From positions 1,216,001 through 1,280,000 of the forward strand of contig CAWELD010000003.1 of assembly GCA_963809895.1 (NCBI GenBank): 64,000 bases of DNA, given 5' to 3'. Every line of letters starts with the position of its first letter. Positions within the stretch are counted from its first letter, which is position 1. Shown in pieces: positions 20,103-31,585 of this stretch. This stretch comes from an uncultured Gemmatimonadales bacterium (lineage in GTDB: Bacteria; Gemmatimonadota; Gemmatimonadetes; Longimicrobiales; Gaopeijiaceae). The notes beneath the pieces are model-generated. The model did no database searches and was not told the origin of the DNA. It worked only from the letters and a program-made list of their open reading frames with translations. The translations under genes were made by a program, and so were the position numbers.

Positions 20103-21296
20103 TCAATCGTCGAGCAGGAGGAAGATCTCCCGTTGGATCTTCGACGGCGTCACGACGGGCCCTTGGTCGCTCCAGAACACGTTGATCTCGCTACGCACGC
20201 CAATCTCGCCCGCGATGTAGATCCCGGGTTCCACCGAGAACCCCACTCCGGGAACGAGCAGCCGGTCGTCTCGGGTCTCCAGGTTGTCCAGATTCGGTCC
20301 GCTCCCATGGAGCATGGTATCCATGGAATGGCCCGTACGGTGGAGGAAGTACTCCCCGTAGCCCCGCTCCGCGATGAGATGGCGTGACGCGTCGTCCACC
20401 TCGTAGCCGCGCACGTCTTGACCGGCCTCGAAGCGCTCTCGCAGGAACTCCACGGCGGCATCGCGCGCATCGCGCACGGCTTCCCAGATCCTCTGGGTCC
20501 GGTCGTCCACCGTGGAGCCCATCATTCCCATCCAGGTCTGGTCGGCGGGTACCGAGCCGGCCCTGCCCGCGAACAGATCGATGAGCAGCAACTCGCCTTC
20601 CGCGATGGTTTCACCGGCACCCGCGACGCGGTAGTGCGGATCCGAAGCGGTCCGTCCCACCGCCACGGTGCAGCCGGCCTGCTCGGGCAGGCGGCGCTCG
20701 TGGAGCTCGGCGCGGATCCAGTCGGACAGGGCCCCTTCACTGGTAGGGCTTCCGGCCCGGATGGCGTCGGTCGCACGCTGGAAGGCGCCCTCCACCACGT
20801 CCACCAGAATCTCCGCCGCCTCCATGTGGTCCTCGGCCTGTCTCCCGGTCCAGACCGAATGGAAACGAGACACCAGATTCCCGGACGACACCATCTCCGC
20901 GCCCGAGCGGCGCACGACGTCGGCCATCCCGACGGGCAAATAGTCCAGGGTCGGCACGGCCGCCCCCGGAGAAACCTCCATGGCCAGCCTCCTCCGGCCG
21001 CGCAGGATCCGGGCCAGCCCCGACTCCATTTCCCGCCAGCCCCGGTAGCTCTGTTTCGCCCATGGCCACTGGCGCCATGCCGATCCCTCGATAGCATGGA
21101 TGAGCGCGCGGGGCTCCCCGTGGGCGGGGATGAGAAAGAAGCTACGCCGGGTGGTCTTGCCCACGGCCAACATGGCCTTGGAAATGGGATTTGCTCCACG
21201 GAACTCATAGAGGAGCCAGCCGTCCAGGCCTTCCTCCCGCAGCGCCTCCTGGACCTGCCGGATCCCCTTCTCACTACACAGTAGAGGCTCTGCCAT
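20103..21296 (-). CDS. M24-family (Xaa-Pro) aminopeptidase
   Basis: SDPHY, LLIDL, ADQTW, HRTGHS, FSVEPGIY, GVRSEIN. Confidence 0.88.
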   Translation of the reverse strand: MAEPLLCSEKGIRQVQEALREEGLDGWLLYEFRGANPISKAMLAVGKTTRRSFFLIPAHGEPRALIHAIEGSAWRQWPWAKQSYRGWREMESGLARILRGRRRLAMEVSPGAAVPTLDYLPVGMADVVRRSGAEMVSSGNLVSRFHSVWTGRQAEDHMEAAEILVDVVEGAFQRATDAIRAGSPTSEGALSDWIRAELHERRLPEQAGCTVAVGRTASDPHYRVAGAGETIAEGELLLIDLFAGRAGSVPADQTWMGMMGSTVDDRTQRIWEAVRDARDAAVEFLRERFEAGQDVRGYEVDDASRHLIAERGYGEYFLHRTGHSMDTMLHGSGPNLDNLETRDDRLLVPGVGFSVEPGIYIAGEIGVRSEINVFWSDQGPVVTPSKIQREIFLLLDD

Positions 21297-21319
21297 CGTT
21301 CCTCCGGACGATCCGTACC

Positions 21320-23692
21320 CTACCGGGGCCGCTGCTCGATCCTGTAGTCGTAGGGCGGCTCCTCTCCCAGAAGCTGCCGCACGAAGAAGTCCCACACCCG
21401 TCGGATGAAGTAGGGCTCCTGTGAGTAGCCGTGGCCCCGGTCCGGCATGATCAGGAGATCGAAGCTCTTGTTGGCCCCGACCAGGGCATTCACCAAGCGA
21501 ATCGTGTTCGCGGGATGCACGTTGTCATCCATGTCGCCGGTCACCAGGAGCAGCTTCCCTCTCAGGCGGGACGCTCGGAGGTAGTTCTTCTGATTCTCGT
21601 AGCTGTCCGTGTGATGCACGGTATCCATCTGGAGGAGTCCCTGGTATCTCTCCGCCCAGGGGGAGCTGTACGTACGGTTGTCCTGGTTGCCCGAGGCTGC
21701 GACTCCGACCTTGTAGAAGTCCGGGTACGACAACATGGCGTCCACGGTGGCGAATCCACCGCCCGAGAACCCGTAGACGCCCAGACGCGTCAGATCCATC
21801 CAGGGCCGTGACGCGGCCAGCTGTTTGAGGCCGTGGACGTGATCGGGTAGTCCAGCGTCGCCCAGGTTTCCGTACCAGGTGTCATGCCACGCCTTCGAAC
21901 GGAGGTTCGTGCCCATGGCGTCGATCTCCACCACCACGAAGCCAAGCTCGGCCAGCGCCGGGGGCTGGCCTATGGTCGCGTAATTCAAGACCGGCTCACG
22001 CGTCGGAAAGAACCACTTGGGCGCCGTGATGGTCTGGGGCCCCCCGTAGATATGATCGATGACCGGGTACTTTTTGCGTGGGTCGAAGTTGGACGGCTTG
22101 AAGAGCACACCATAGACGTCATGGATGCCGTCGCGTGCCTTTACGTGAAAAGGCTCTGGCGGCTTCCAACCCAAGGCCGACAGGCGGGAGATGTCGGCGC
22201 GCGCGACGGTTCGCACGATTCGACCCTCCCGGTCACGCAGCACGGTCACCTGAGGCTGATCGACGCGTGAATACGTATCCGTGAAATAGCGACCGTCAGG
22301 AGCGAAATGGATAACGTGCTGGGCTTCTTCGGGTGTCAGCAACCTGAGATCCGAGCCATCGAAATTCTCGACGTACAACGGAGCGAAATAGGGGTCGACG
22401 CCCGGCTGCCGGCCTCGAGCCGTGAAGAAGACCTGACGCGTGGTCCCGTCGACATACATGAGGTCGCCCACCGTCCAGCCCCCGCCTGTGACACGGCTCG
22501 CCGTTCCACCATCGCGATCGTAGCGGTAGAGATGCCCCCAGCCGTCGCGCTCCGACCACCAGATGACGTCGTCACCTCCGTTGACCACGTCCCAGTTGGG
22601 CGGTCGGTGGACGTCTTCATTGACCTCGACGTAGGTGCGGCTGCTGTCCCGGACCACCGGGTGGGCCGATCCCGTCTCTGGATCCACGTCCCACAACGTC
22701 ACCTTCTTGTTGGCACGCGTGACCGTGGTCACGAAGAGGGCATCTCCATCCTCCGTCCATTTCACCGCCCACCACGTCGTGCCGTCGGGCGCCATGGGAC
22801 TGATGCCGTTCATCGGGTACGGCGTCGAAGGCACGTCCACCTTGACCGTCCTGTGCGCAACGACGTCGGCGACATACACGTCGTACCGCGGGATCACCGA
22901 ATCGCCCGGGAGAGGATACGGGTAGGTGTACAGCACCGGCCGCTCGCGGGTCGAAGAGTAGAGTGGCATGCGCGGCACGTCCCGTTGGTCCAGACGCCGC
23001 ACCGCGAAGTACCGCGAGTCCGGGCTCCATTGCCCCACCGGGCGGAGTGGGCTGAGGGACAACCCCTGGCTCGCGCCATAGGTGTGATCCTCCACGCCAT
23101 CGTGCGTCAACGCCACGCTGTCCCCACCGCTTGTGGGTTTCACGTACAGATTGTGGTCGCGCGTAAACACGACCCATTTCCCATCGGGCGAGGGAAAATC
23201 CAAGGGGGAACGCAGTCCCGCCGTATCATCCGCCATGCAGGTGTACGCTTCAATATCGCAGCGGAACAGCCGCGCATCGGCCCGGAACTGGATCACCCGT
23301 TCATCGTCGGTGAGATCGAAGCCCCCGAACGGCAGCGCATGGGGATCGTAGACGGTGTCGTTGGCCAGGGACATGGCTTCGGCCAGCCGACCGTTTTCGA
23401 AGAGGGGGCGCTGCGTGTTGTGTTGAGGGTCCACGACGAGGTACTCCGCACCCTCCGGGCCGTTGTCGCGAAACCAGAAGCGATCGCCCTTCATCCAATG
23501 AGGGATCACGAGGTCGTGGCTGATGAGCGGCAGCGTGTTCCAGGTGAGAAACTGCTCGGCGCGATGGTAGGCGGCCTCCTGCGCGACCGCAGGGCCGGGT
23601 GCGGCCAGCGAGACGGCGAGGCACGGCCCGAGCATGGCGAGCACCCCCATGGGGCCCGGCCAGGTCGAATGGTGAGGGTGTTTGCTGTTCAC
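21320..23692 (-). CDS. Exported S9B/DPP IV-family peptidase
   Basis: Beta-propeller segments (WSPDSR, WSERDGWGHLY), GFSGGG nucleophile, DDNVH, GHG; GTGA overlap start. Confidence 0.9.
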   Translation of the reverse strand: MNSKHPHHSTWPGPMGVLAMLGPCLAVSLAAPGPAVAQEAAYHRAEQFLTWNTLPLISHDLVIPHWMKGDRFWFRDNGPEGAEYLVVDPQHNTQRPLFENGRLAEAMSLANDTVYDPHALPFGGFDLTDDERVIQFRADARLFRCDIEAYTCMADDTAGLRSPLDFPSPDGKWVVFTRDHNLYVKPTSGGDSVALTHDGVEDHTYGASQGLSLSPLRPVGQWSPDSRYFAVRRLDQRDVPRMPLYSSTRERPVLYTYPYPLPGDSVIPRYDVYVADVVAHRTVKVDVPSTPYPMNGISPMAPDGTTWWAVKWTEDGDALFVTTVTRANKKVTLWDVDPETGSAHPVVRDSSRTYVEVNEDVHRPPNWDVVNGGDDVIWWSERDGWGHLYRYDRDGGTASRVTGGGWTVGDLMYVDGTTRQVFFTARGRQPGVDPYFAPLYVENFDGSDLRLLTPEEAQHVIHFAPDGRYFTDTYSRVDQPQVTVLRDREGRIVRTVARADISRLSALGWKPPEPFHVKARDGIHDVYGVLFKPSNFDPRKKYPVIDHIYGGPQTITAPKWFFPTREPVLNYATIGQPPALAELGFVVVEIDAMGTNLRSKAWHDTWYGNLGDAGLPDHVHGLKQLAASRPWMDLTRLGVYGFSGGGFATVDAMLSYPDFYKVGVAASGNQDNRTYSSPWAERYQGLLQMDTVHHTDSYENQKNYLRASRLRGKLLLVTGDMDDNVHPANTIRLVNALVGANKSFDLLIMPDRGHGYSQEPYFIRRVWDFFVRQLLGEEPPYDYRIEQRPR

Positions 23693-24654
23693 GATCGTCT
23701 CCCGGCCTTGTGACCGTCCTCCCGCTTCCGCCAGTACCTGGCGAGCCCATGCCAGCAGTCCTTCGGGTCGGCGGCCAGCAGGTAGGCCTCGATGACCTCT
23801 GGGTCCTGTAGCTGTTCCATGACCTCTGCGCGTACCGCCTCGGCGAACCGTCGCGCCCGTTCCGCGTCCTCCCGGCCGTCCGACAGAGACGCACGGACCC
23901 GTTCCCCCCAGTCGCGCAGCGTGTGCAGCAGGGTCGTGAGGTGTGCGTCGGTCTCGCCGGTCGGGCCGAAGTGCGAGAGGAAGAGGCGGGAGGGCCGCCA
24001 GGCCCGGATTCCGGCGATGGACTCCTCCCAGAGCCCCAGGTCGATGTCGGGAGGCGGCGTGGTCGGGAGAACCAGCGGCCGACCCTCGATGCAGATCCCG
24101 CCCACATCGCCAACGAACGCGGTGCTCGTGGAAGGCTCGAAGTAGGCCGCGTGGTGCGAGGCGTGTCCCGGCGTATAGGCCACCTCCAGATGCCTCTCGC
24201 CCACCTGGACGTGGTCTCCGTCCGTCACGACGCGGACGTTCTCTGCTGGCACAGGCAGCACTTCGCCCCACAGCTCGTCCATCCGCTCCCCGTAGATGCG
24301 CCGCGCGCTCGCGAGCAGTCTCGCCGGGTCCACGAGATGTCGAGCGCCGCGTTCGTGGACGAAGACCTCCAGGCGTGGATTGTCCCGCACGAGCGACCCG
24401 ACCGTGCCGGCATGATCCAGGTGGATGTGGGTCAGCAGGACGGCGTTGATATCCGCGATGCCGAGTCCGAGCGTCTCGAGCCCCCGCCGAAGCCTGGGGA
24501 GCACCGACGCCGGCCCCGGGTCCACCAGGGCTCGCTTGGTTCCTCCATCCAGCAGGGCCACGGCAAGCGCGAGGGGCGCCCCCCACTCCACGTCGATCAT
24601 GGTCAGGTCATCGGCGAGAACCTCGGTCCGCACCGCTCCGGAGTCGCCGCTCAT
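23689..24654 (-). CDS. MBL-fold metallo-hydrolase
   Basis: [28 protein letters not shown]. Confidence 0.9.
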   Translation of the reverse strand: MSGDSGAVRTEVLADDLTMIDVEWGAPLALAVALLDGGTKRALVDPGPASVLPRLRRGLETLGLGIADINAVLLTHIHLDHAGTVGSLVRDNPRLEVFVHERGARHLVDPARLLASARRIYGERMDELWGEVLPVPAENVRVVTDGDHVQVGERHLEVAYTPGHASHHAAYFEPSTSTAFVGDVGGICIEGRPLVLPTTPPPDIDLGLWEESIAGIRAWRPSRLFLSHFGPTGETDAHLTTLLHTLRDWGERVRASLSDGREDAERARRFAEAVRAEVMEQLQDPEVIEAYLLAADPKDCWHGLARYWRKREDGHKAGRRS

Positions 24655-26633
24655 AGGGACGATCCTCCCGACCCACCTACGCCCACGGCCGTCCGGATCG
24701 ATCGCACCGCGGACGGGTTTTCGAGCGCGGACGTGTCGCCGGGATCCTCACCGAGGTAGGCGGCGCGAATGACGCGCCGCATGACCTTGGCGCTTCGCGT
24801 ACGGGGAAGGTCGGGGACGAAGAGCACCTTCTCCGGAGCGAGCGCCCGTCCGAGCTCGTCGGCTACATGGTGGCGGAGCTCGTCGGCCAGCTCGGATCCG
24901 CCCGCCTGGGGATTGACGAGAATGCACAGGGCCACCATCGAGGTGCCCTTGACCGCGTGAGGCACGCCGATGACCGCCGCCTCCGTGACTGTGGGATGGC
25001 CCACGAGCACGGACTCGAGCTCCGCCGGCCCGACCCTCTTCCCGGCCACCTTCAACGTGTCGTCGCTCCGGCCGAGGATATACCAGAATCCGTCCTCATC
25101 GACCCTGGCCCAGTCGCCGTGCGCCCAGACGTCATCGAACCGACTCCAGTAGGTGGTGACGTACCTCCCGGGATCGTTCCAGAACCCCCGAGCCATGCCG
25201 ATCCAGGGCTTGCGAATGACCAGCTCGCCCACGTCACCCCGTACGGATCGGCCGTCGTCGTCCACGACGTCGGCGTCGATCCCCGGGCACGGAGCGGGGA
25301 AGGAGCACGGTTTGAGCGGGAGGATCGGGTTCCCGCACAGGATTCCGCCCGAGATCTCCGTTCCTCCCGAGTAGTTCACGATCGGGGCCCGCCCGCTGCC
25401 CACGGTCTCGAAGAGCCACCACCACGGGTCCGGATTCCATGGCTCCCCCGTCGATCCGATGATCCGAAGGGTGGAGAGGTCGTGGCGACGCACAGGCCCG
25501 GCTCCGTGCACCATGAGCGCCCGGACCAGGGTAGGCGAGATGCCGAGGACCTCGATGGCGTGCCGCTCGCACAGATCCCACACGCGGTCCGGCGCAGGGT
25601 GATCGGGCGCACCGTCGTAGAGGACCATGGTGCCGCCGAGAAGCAGGGATCCGTAGATGAGCCAAGGGCCCATCATCCAACCGATGTCCGTGACCCAGTG
25701 GATCCGCGTTCCGCGCCCCACGTCCATCCCGAAGGCCATGTCCTGGGCAGCCTTGATCGGGAAGCCACAGTGGGAGTGCTGGATCCCCTTCGGCCGCCCC
25801 GTCGTGCCGGAGCTGTAAAGCACGAGCAGGGGGTCTTCCGCGCCGGTCGACGCGACCCCCGCGGCGTCGGCGCCCGCCGCGGCACCCGATGCCAAGACCG
25901 CTTCGTACCAGATGTCGCGCGGGGCGTCCATCTGGACGGGGATCCCCGAACGACGAACCACGATCCGGTGCACGAGATCCGGGCATCGCGCCACCGCTTC
26001 GTCGCACACCTCCTTCGCCGGAACCAGGCGGTCACGGCGTGGGAACGCATCTGCGGTGATCAGGGCTCGCGCCTTCACGTCGCGGAGCCGGGAAGCGATC
26101 GCCGCGGGACCGTAGCCGCTGAACAACGGGACAGCCAGCGCGCCGATCCGCCCCGCCGCCAGAAGCGCGACCACGGTTTCCGGAATCATCGGCAGATGGA
26201 TGCCCAGCGCGTCGCCCGGTTCCAACCCCAGCGCCCGGAGCCCCGCGGACAGTTGCCGCACCTCCACCGCGAGTTCGCCGTAGGTGAGCGTCCGGGTGCG
26301 ACCTTCCTCCCCCTCCCAGATCACCGCCGCCCGATCCTCGGCTTCCGTCCCGAGCCACCGATCCAGGCACGCCTCCACGACGTTGAGCCCCCCACCTACA
26401 CACCAGTGCGCCCAGGGGAGCCCCTCCGAGAGATCCACCACCTGCTCGTAGGGCGGGTCAAACCGGACATCCAGGAACTCCAGAACCGCCCCCGTGAACC
26501 AGGACACGTCCTCCACGGAGCGCCGGTGCAGCTCGTCGAAGTCGGAGATCCCGTGCCGACGCATGAAGTCCGTGAGCCGGGCGCGCGAGAGTGTCTCGGG
26601 GTCCGGGCGCCATACGATCTCGCCGGACCTCAT
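24651..26633 (-). CDS. Acetate/short-chain acyl-CoA ligase (Acs-like)
   Basis: [57 protein letters not shown]. Confidence 0.9.
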   Translation of the reverse strand: MRSGEIVWRPDPETLSRARLTDFMRRHGISDFDELHRRSVEDVSWFTGAVLEFLDVRFDPPYEQVVDLSEGLPWAHWCVGGGLNVVEACLDRWLGTEAEDRAAVIWEGEEGRTRTLTYGELAVEVRQLSAGLRALGLEPGDALGIHLPMIPETVVALLAAGRIGALAVPLFSGYGPAAIASRLRDVKARALITADAFPRRDRLVPAKEVCDEAVARCPDLVHRIVVRRSGIPVQMDAPRDIWYEAVLASGAAAGADAAGVASTGAEDPLLVLYSSGTTGRPKGIQHSHCGFPIKAAQDMAFGMDVGRGTRIHWVTDIGWMMGPWLIYGSLLLGGTMVLYDGAPDHPAPDRVWDLCERHAIEVLGISPTLVRALMVHGAGPVRRHDLSTLRIIGSTGEPWNPDPWWWLFETVGSGRAPIVNYSGGTEISGGILCGNPILPLKPCSFPAPCPGIDADVVDDDGRSVRGDVGELVIRKPWIGMARGFWNDPGRYVTTYWSRFDDVWAHGDWARVDEDGFWYILGRSDDTLKVAGKRVGPAELESVLVGHPTVTEAAVIGVPHAVKGTSMVALCILVNPQAGGSELADELRHHVADELGRALAPEKVLFVPDLPRTRSAKVMRRVIRAAYLGEDPGDTSALENPSAVRSIRTAVGVGGSGGSSL

Positions 26634-27289
26634 TCAACCACTGGTCCTAGCGCCGCCCGCACCTGTTTGAGGGCCACGACGAGGTAGTTGGCCACCGTGC
26701 GTGGAGCCAATCCGGTGACCTCTCCGATCTCCCTGTAGGACATGTCGTGCAGGTGGGCGAGAACGAAGACCTCCTTTCGCCGCGGCGAGAGTCCGTCGAT
26801 GGCTCCCTCGATGGCGAGGGCGAGCTCGCTCAGCTCGGCCTCGGCGTCAGGTGCCCTGAATCCTCCCACAATGGGTTCGTAGCGCCGCTCGATCCTCCGG
26901 GTCTGGCTTCGGAGTCGCCGCTCCCGATCAATGGTCATGTTCCTCGTGATCCGGTAGAGGTAGGATTGGGGGGAGCGGACCTTGGAAAGCTCTCCACGCT
27001 TCTGCCACACGCGAATCAGGACCTCCTGCACCACGTCTTGCGCAGCGTCCGAATCACCCAGCATTCGAGCCGCATACGCATGGAGCCGCTCACCATGTCC
27101 CTCGACAAGGGCGGCGAAGGCGCCGGTGTCGCCGGCTTCGATGGCCGCGAACAGCGCACGGGTCACCTCCTCGTTCTCCGCGGATGGCGAGTCGGAGCGC
27201 GACGGTCGCGGCCGTCCAGGGGTCATGGGCACCTCACTTCGGTATTCGCCCGACACCCTCTGCGCCATGGCGGACCAGGAGTCCGTCAT
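26630..27289 (-). CDS. ECF sigma-70 factor (FecI-like)
   Basis: Region 2 [13 protein letters not shown]...YLYRITRN; region 4 [11 protein letters not shown]...MSYREIGE..G....TV; start uncertain. Confidence 0.9.
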   Translation of the reverse strand: MTDSWSAMAQRVSGEYRSEVPMTPGRPRPSRSDSPSAENEEVTRALFAAIEAGDTGAFAALVEGHGERLHAYAARMLGDSDAAQDVVQEVLIRVWQKRGELSKVRSPQSYLYRITRNMTIDRERRLRSQTRRIERRYEPIVGGFRAPDAEAELSELALAIEGAIDGLSPRRKEVFVLAHLHDMSYREIGEVTGLAPRTVANYLVVALKQVRAALGPVVE

Positions 27290-28785
27290 CGCTCACCCCC
27301 CCGATCGAGGTCGTCGCCGGGATGGGAGAGGGCGGCGAGAATGAGCTTGCGACGCTCGGCTCCCGTGAGCGCCTCCCGAGGCCTGCGGGCCAGCCTCCAG
27401 AAGACCGCGCCGAGCACCACCCACGTACCGAGGACGACCCCCTCCGTCGATACGCCTGTCGGCTTCAGGAACAGTTGATTGATCGCCAGGAGGAGGATGA
27501 AGATGGATCCCGCGACGGCCAGGCCGGCGGTGAGAGAGCCCCCGGGCGCACGGTAGGGTCGAACCGCATGCGGACGGGTCCGCCGCAGCTGAATCAGGCA
27601 CGCCGCCGTTACCAGGAACGCCACGGCGAAGCAGATGCCGGACAGGTTCACGATGGGCGTGATGGCGTTGCGTCCGGCGAAGGCCCCGATCGTCCCGACC
27701 GAGCCTACGAACAGAACAGCATGGCCAGGTGAACCATACCGCCCCTGGACGCGGCCGAAGGTCGTGGGGATCAAATGAGCGCGCCCGAGCGCGAAGAGCA
27801 CCCGGGCGCCGCCGAGGAAGGTGGTGTTCCAGGTCGTGACGAGACCCAGCAACGCGGCGAGGAGCACCACCTTGCCGATCCCCGCGATGGGGAATGCACC
27901 TTCGAAGGCTGCTGCAGCAGGAAGATCGGCGTCCAGGAGCTGCTGCCACGGCTGCGTCATGGAGGCTGACAGGATCACGAGACAGTAGAAGACGGCCGCC
28001 AGCCCGATGGACAAGAGCACCATCTTGCCGACGACCGCGAGCCGCGTTCCCTCCGAGACCTCCTCCAGCGCCTGAGGAATCACGTTGAACCCGGAAAACC
28101 AGAATGGGACCGTCATGAACACCGCGAACATGCCGGCAAGCCCATCGCCGCCCCCCGAGCCGAAGTAGGGCCGTAGATTCGCGGGATCCCCCCACACCAG
28201 CCCCGAACCAATAAAGACCAACGACAACCCAAGCAGGACGAACGTCAGGATATCCTGGAGCCGAGCGGCGGATCCACCGCCCCGATAGTTGAACCACGTC
28301 AGCAGGCTCATTCCGCCCACGCCGATGACGATGTCCCCCAGGTGGACGGGAGCACCGAGGCTCGTGTACAAAACGGGCCCCTCCAAGGCGGGAAAGAGGG
28401 CGGCGACAACCCACCCGATCGATATCGCCTCGAAGGTCGTGACTCCCACATACGCGAGGCCCAACAGCCACCCGACGGCGTACGCGGACCGGACGCCGAA
28501 GACCTCGTGGGCGTAGGCCACCTCGCCTCCGGCCACGGGAAGGAGGGTTGCGACCTCGGCGTAGCACAGGCCGATCAACATCATGAGGATGGCGCCCGCG
28601 CCGAATGCGAGCATCGCGCCAAGCGGGCCCGCCTGGTCCAGCCATTCTCCCAACACGATCACCCAGCCGACACCGATGATCGCCCCGAAGGCGAGCGTGA
28701 AGTACTGGACCGACCCAATCGCCCGCTTGAGAGTTCCGGTGGACTCGGCGACGTTCGCGTCGGGATCTGTGGCCGTGGACTTCAT
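27286..28785 (-). CDS. APC-family amino acid permease (paralogue of 16138-17598)
   Basis: FGAIIGVGW, YAEVATLLPVAGGEVAY, multiple TM segments. Confidence 0.9.
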   Translation of the reverse strand: MKSTATDPDANVAESTGTLKRAIGSVQYFTLAFGAIIGVGWVIVLGEWLDQAGPLGAMLAFGAGAILMMLIGLCYAEVATLLPVAGGEVAYAHEVFGVRSAYAVGWLLGLAYVGVTTFEAISIGWVVAALFPALEGPVLYTSLGAPVHLGDIVIGVGGMSLLTWFNYRGGGSAARLQDILTFVLLGLSLVFIGSGLVWGDPANLRPYFGSGGGDGLAGMFAVFMTVPFWFSGFNVIPQALEEVSEGTRLAVVGKMVLLSIGLAAVFYCLVILSASMTQPWQQLLDADLPAAAAFEGAFPIAGIGKVVLLAALLGLVTTWNTTFLGGARVLFALGRAHLIPTTFGRVQGRYGSPGHAVLFVGSVGTIGAFAGRNAITPIVNLSGICFAVAFLVTAACLIQLRRTRPHAVRPYRAPGGSLTAGLAVAGSIFILLLAINQLFLKPTGVSTEGVVLGTWVVLGAVFWRLARRPREALTGAERRKLILAALSHPGDDLDRGGER

Positions 28786-28791
28786 CCGTGC

Positions 28792-29784
28792 CTACCGTGC
28801 TTCCGCTGCGCCGAGCTTGGGATAGCGGGTAGGCGTGTCCGACAGACCCAGAATCTTCCGTGCCTGCGCGGGGGCTGCAACCTCTCGATTCAGCTCGTGC
28901 GCGATCCGCACCGCCCGCTCCACCACCTCCCCATTTCCCTTCAGCTTGCGCCCGCGGCTGAAGTATATGTTGTCCTCCAGCCCCACCCGCACATGTCCTC
29001 CCATGAGGGTGGCCAGCGTCGTCATCGGCAGCTGGAACGGACCAATCCCGGACATGAGCCACTGCGTGCCGGCCGGGAACTCCCTCACGATCTGGAGCAC
29101 GTTGTCCACGGTCGGATAGCTCGACGTCTGATAGCCCATCACCGTCTGGATCCAATAGGGTGGCTCGATGAGCTCCAGCCGGGCGAGCTCGTCGATCACC
29201 CAGGAGCCGCCAGGCTGATACGTCTCCATTTCCGGCTTGATGCCGCGCTTCTTCATCTCGGTCGCCAACCATTCGATGATGGCATAGGTCCAGGGCAGGC
29301 AGGCGTCGATCTCCATCGCTTCCCGAGGATCGGGAAGCGGTGCCTCCCGAGCCTTCAGGTGGAAACGGACCATTTCCGGAGACAGATTGAGCGACGCTAT
29401 CTCCGGGTTCGCGTCCAGGCAGCTCGCCCGCTCCTCCATGGTCGCATGGTGGCTGGCGCCCGTGGTGTCATTGATGATGATGTCCGGACAGCGTTCCCGG
29501 ATCCGGCGATTGACCTCAAGCCAGTGCTCGGCCGTCGTGGCGGCCGAGGCCTGCCGGTCTGGGTGACGAGCGTGAACGTGCACCATGGATGCCCCGGCGT
29601 CGTACGCCTCGCCGACCGAGTCCGCGATCTCTTCCGGTGTCTCTGGGATCGCTTCGTTGTATTCCTTGCCCTGCAGCCCACCGTTGCACGCCACGCAGAT
29701 GATCATCGGAGGCATCCCTTCGCGGACGCGCTCCATGAATGCATAGCAGTCCGTATAGTCCCAGGTTTCGGTTATGTCAGGCAT
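28792..29784 (-). CDS. Beta-keto acid cleavage enzyme (BKACE/DUF849, Kce-like)
   Basis: PETPEEI, AGASMVHVHAR, IINDTTG, PEIASLN, KPEME, GGHVRVGLEDN. Confidence 0.92.
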   Translation of the reverse strand: MPDITETWDYTDCYAFMERVREGMPPMIICVACNGGLQGKEYNEAIPETPEEIADSVGEAYDAGASMVHVHARHPDRQASAATTAEHWLEVNRRIRERCPDIIINDTTGASHHATMEERASCLDANPEIASLNLSPEMVRFHLKAREAPLPDPREAMEIDACLPWTYAIIEWLATEMKKRGIKPEMETYQPGGSWVIDELARLELIEPPYWIQTVMGYQTSSYPTVDNVLQIVREFPAGTQWLMSGIGPFQLPMTTLATLMGGHVRVGLEDNIYFSRGRKLKGNGEVVERAVRIAHELNREVAAPAQARKILGLSDTPTRYPKLGAAEAR

Positions 29785-30499
29785 GATCCTCGTCCGGTGA
29801 ACGTGGTTTGAGGGCCGTTCGACGCGACAACGCCCTCCAGGTGGAGGACCGGTTGCTCCGAAGGATGTCCCGCGCTTCGTCGAAGTCGCCGCGCCGTACT
29901 GCATCGAGCATAGCCTCGTGCTCCATCGGGGCATTCTGCCACTCGGTGGCCCCGCTCGTGAACCGATCCTCGAACACTCTCGAGAACTCCCAGATTTCGA
30001 GACGGCGCACTTGAGAACGGAGGTCGTCCGCCAGGTCACGCACAACGGAGTTGCCGCTGAAGACCGCAAGCAGATGATGGAACCGATCATTGGAGTCGAT
30101 GCACGTCTCCACATCGCCCCGTTCCGACGCCAGGCGGTACTTCTGGTTTACCGCCTCCAGCTGCTCGAACTCCTCCGGACCGAGGCGAGGGAACGCCAGC
30201 TCCCCCGCCAGGACCTCCACGGCGCACAACAGCGGATACCGTTCCAACAGGTCGTCGATGGATGGTTCCGGCACTCGGTAGCCTCGCTGGGGGATCCGCT
30301 CCAGGAATCCGTCTCCCGCGAGCCGGGCGAGAGCTTCGCGAATAGGCGTTCGGCTCACGCCCATGGCCGTTGCCAGCTCGCTCTCCCGGACGAAGGCGCG
30401 AGCCTTCAACTCACCGTTCAGGATCTTCTCTCGCACGGCATCGTGGACCCTCTCCGAGAGCGTCTCGCCGGTCGACAGCGTTGGCCATGTCGCATCCAT
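29777..30499 (-). CDS. GntR-family transcriptional regulator (FCD domain)
   Basis: ESELATAMGVSRTPIREALARL, NDRFH, EHEAMLDAV. Confidence 0.92.
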   Translation of the reverse strand: MDATWPTLSTGETLSERVHDAVREKILNGELKARAFVRESELATAMGVSRTPIREALARLAGDGFLERIPQRGYRVPEPSIDDLLERYPLLCAVEVLAGELAFPRLGPEEFEQLEAVNQKYRLASERGDVETCIDSNDRFHHLLAVFSGNSVVRDLADDLRSQVRRLEIWEFSRVFEDRFTSGATEWQNAPMEHEAMLDAVRRGDFDEARDILRSNRSSTWRALSRRTALKPRSPDEDHA

Positions 30500-30576
30500 G
30501 TGTGAAAATCCGCTTGTCAGGGTGTCATGTGCGTGACGGAGGGTCGAGGCTGCTGCGCGTCGTTACCGGGCGGTAT

Positions 30577-31548
30577 TCAAGGATGTGGCGTTTCGCGCTT
30601 GAGATGTCGCATCCGCTGGATGAGGACATCCCTCCACCGAGCGATGTCCTTCACAGCCGCACCGTTCTCCATCCGATCGGTATCCTGGGCGAGCCGTGCC
30701 AGGAAGGGGTCCTCGAACGCCGGCGTGGGGGCGAGATCTTCCATGATGTCCTGGTAGGTGTCGCGGTAGAGCGTGAAATACTCCTTCACCCCTCCCTTGG
30801 CGTTGGTGTTGGCCACGCCGAACGGTCCCAGGAGAGCCCACCGGAGCCCGAGGCCATCTCGTACGACGGCGTCCACCGCGTCGACGGTCGCCACCCCCCG
30901 CTCCACCAGCGAAAGGGCCTCGCGGAGCAGGGCCGCCTGGAGGCGGTTGAGAACGAAGCCGGGAACGAAGAAGGCCATGGCGACGGGCGTCTGGCCCAGC
31001 TCGGCCAGGAACTGCGTCGTCCGCTCGACCACCTCTGGGTCGGTGGAGGGCCCCGGAAGGACCTCCACACAGGGGATTACGTGGGGAGGGTTGGTCGGAT
31101 GTGCGACGATGCACCGCCCGGCGCAGGGGAGACCATCCGCGATCGCTGCCATGTCGATTGCCGACGTGCTGCTCGCCAGAATCGTGGATCCCGAGGTCGC
31201 CTCGCACAGGGCCGTGAACACGTCTCGCTTGATCTCCAGTCGCTCGGGACAGCTCTCCTGGACGTAGGCGACGCTCGACGCCGCATCCGCGAGCGAGGAC
31301 GCCCGCACGACCCGACGCTGCTGGTCCGAAGCCTCCGAAGCTGTGAGGGTCCCGTCGGCCACATCCATCGCGAGGCTTCGCTCCACCCATTCGAGGGCGG
31401 CACCGAGGCTCAATGGATCGGCATCCCAGACCCGGGTCTCCATGGCCCTGGCAAACACCCGGATCCAGCTTCGGCCCACGACACCGGTGCCGACGACCGC
31501 CGCGGATCGTCCAGTCTCCGCGGGCTGCGTTCCTGAGGGAGGGGTCAT
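30577..31548 (-). CDS. 3-hydroxyacyl-CoA/3-hydroxyacid dehydrogenase (carnitine dehydrogenase/lambda-crystallin-like)
   Basis: VGTGVVGRSW, VQESCPE, ILASSTS, AHPTNPPH, PGFVLNRLQ, GLGLRWALLGPF. Confidence 0.88.
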   Translation of the reverse strand: MTPPSGTQPAETGRSAAVVGTGVVGRSWIRVFARAMETRVWDADPLSLGAALEWVERSLAMDVADGTLTASEASDQQRRVVRASSLADAASSVAYVQESCPERLEIKRDVFTALCEATSGSTILASSTSAIDMAAIADGLPCAGRCIVAHPTNPPHVIPCVEVLPGPSTDPEVVERTTQFLAELGQTPVAMAFFVPGFVLNRLQAALLREALSLVERGVATVDAVDAVVRDGLGLRWALLGPFGVANTNAKGGVKEYFTLYRDTYQDIMEDLAPTPAFEDPFLARLAQDTDRMENGAAVKDIARWRDVLIQRMRHLKRETPHP

Positions 31549-31585
31549 GTGTCCTTCCGGGAGTTGGTGGGGTGGATTGCTAAAT

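Noticed and set aside
21320..24586. 1088-aa fusion ORF
   Set aside because: The first ~300 codons are an off-frame overlap with the MBL gene; the peptidase starts at GTG 23692 with its own signal peptide
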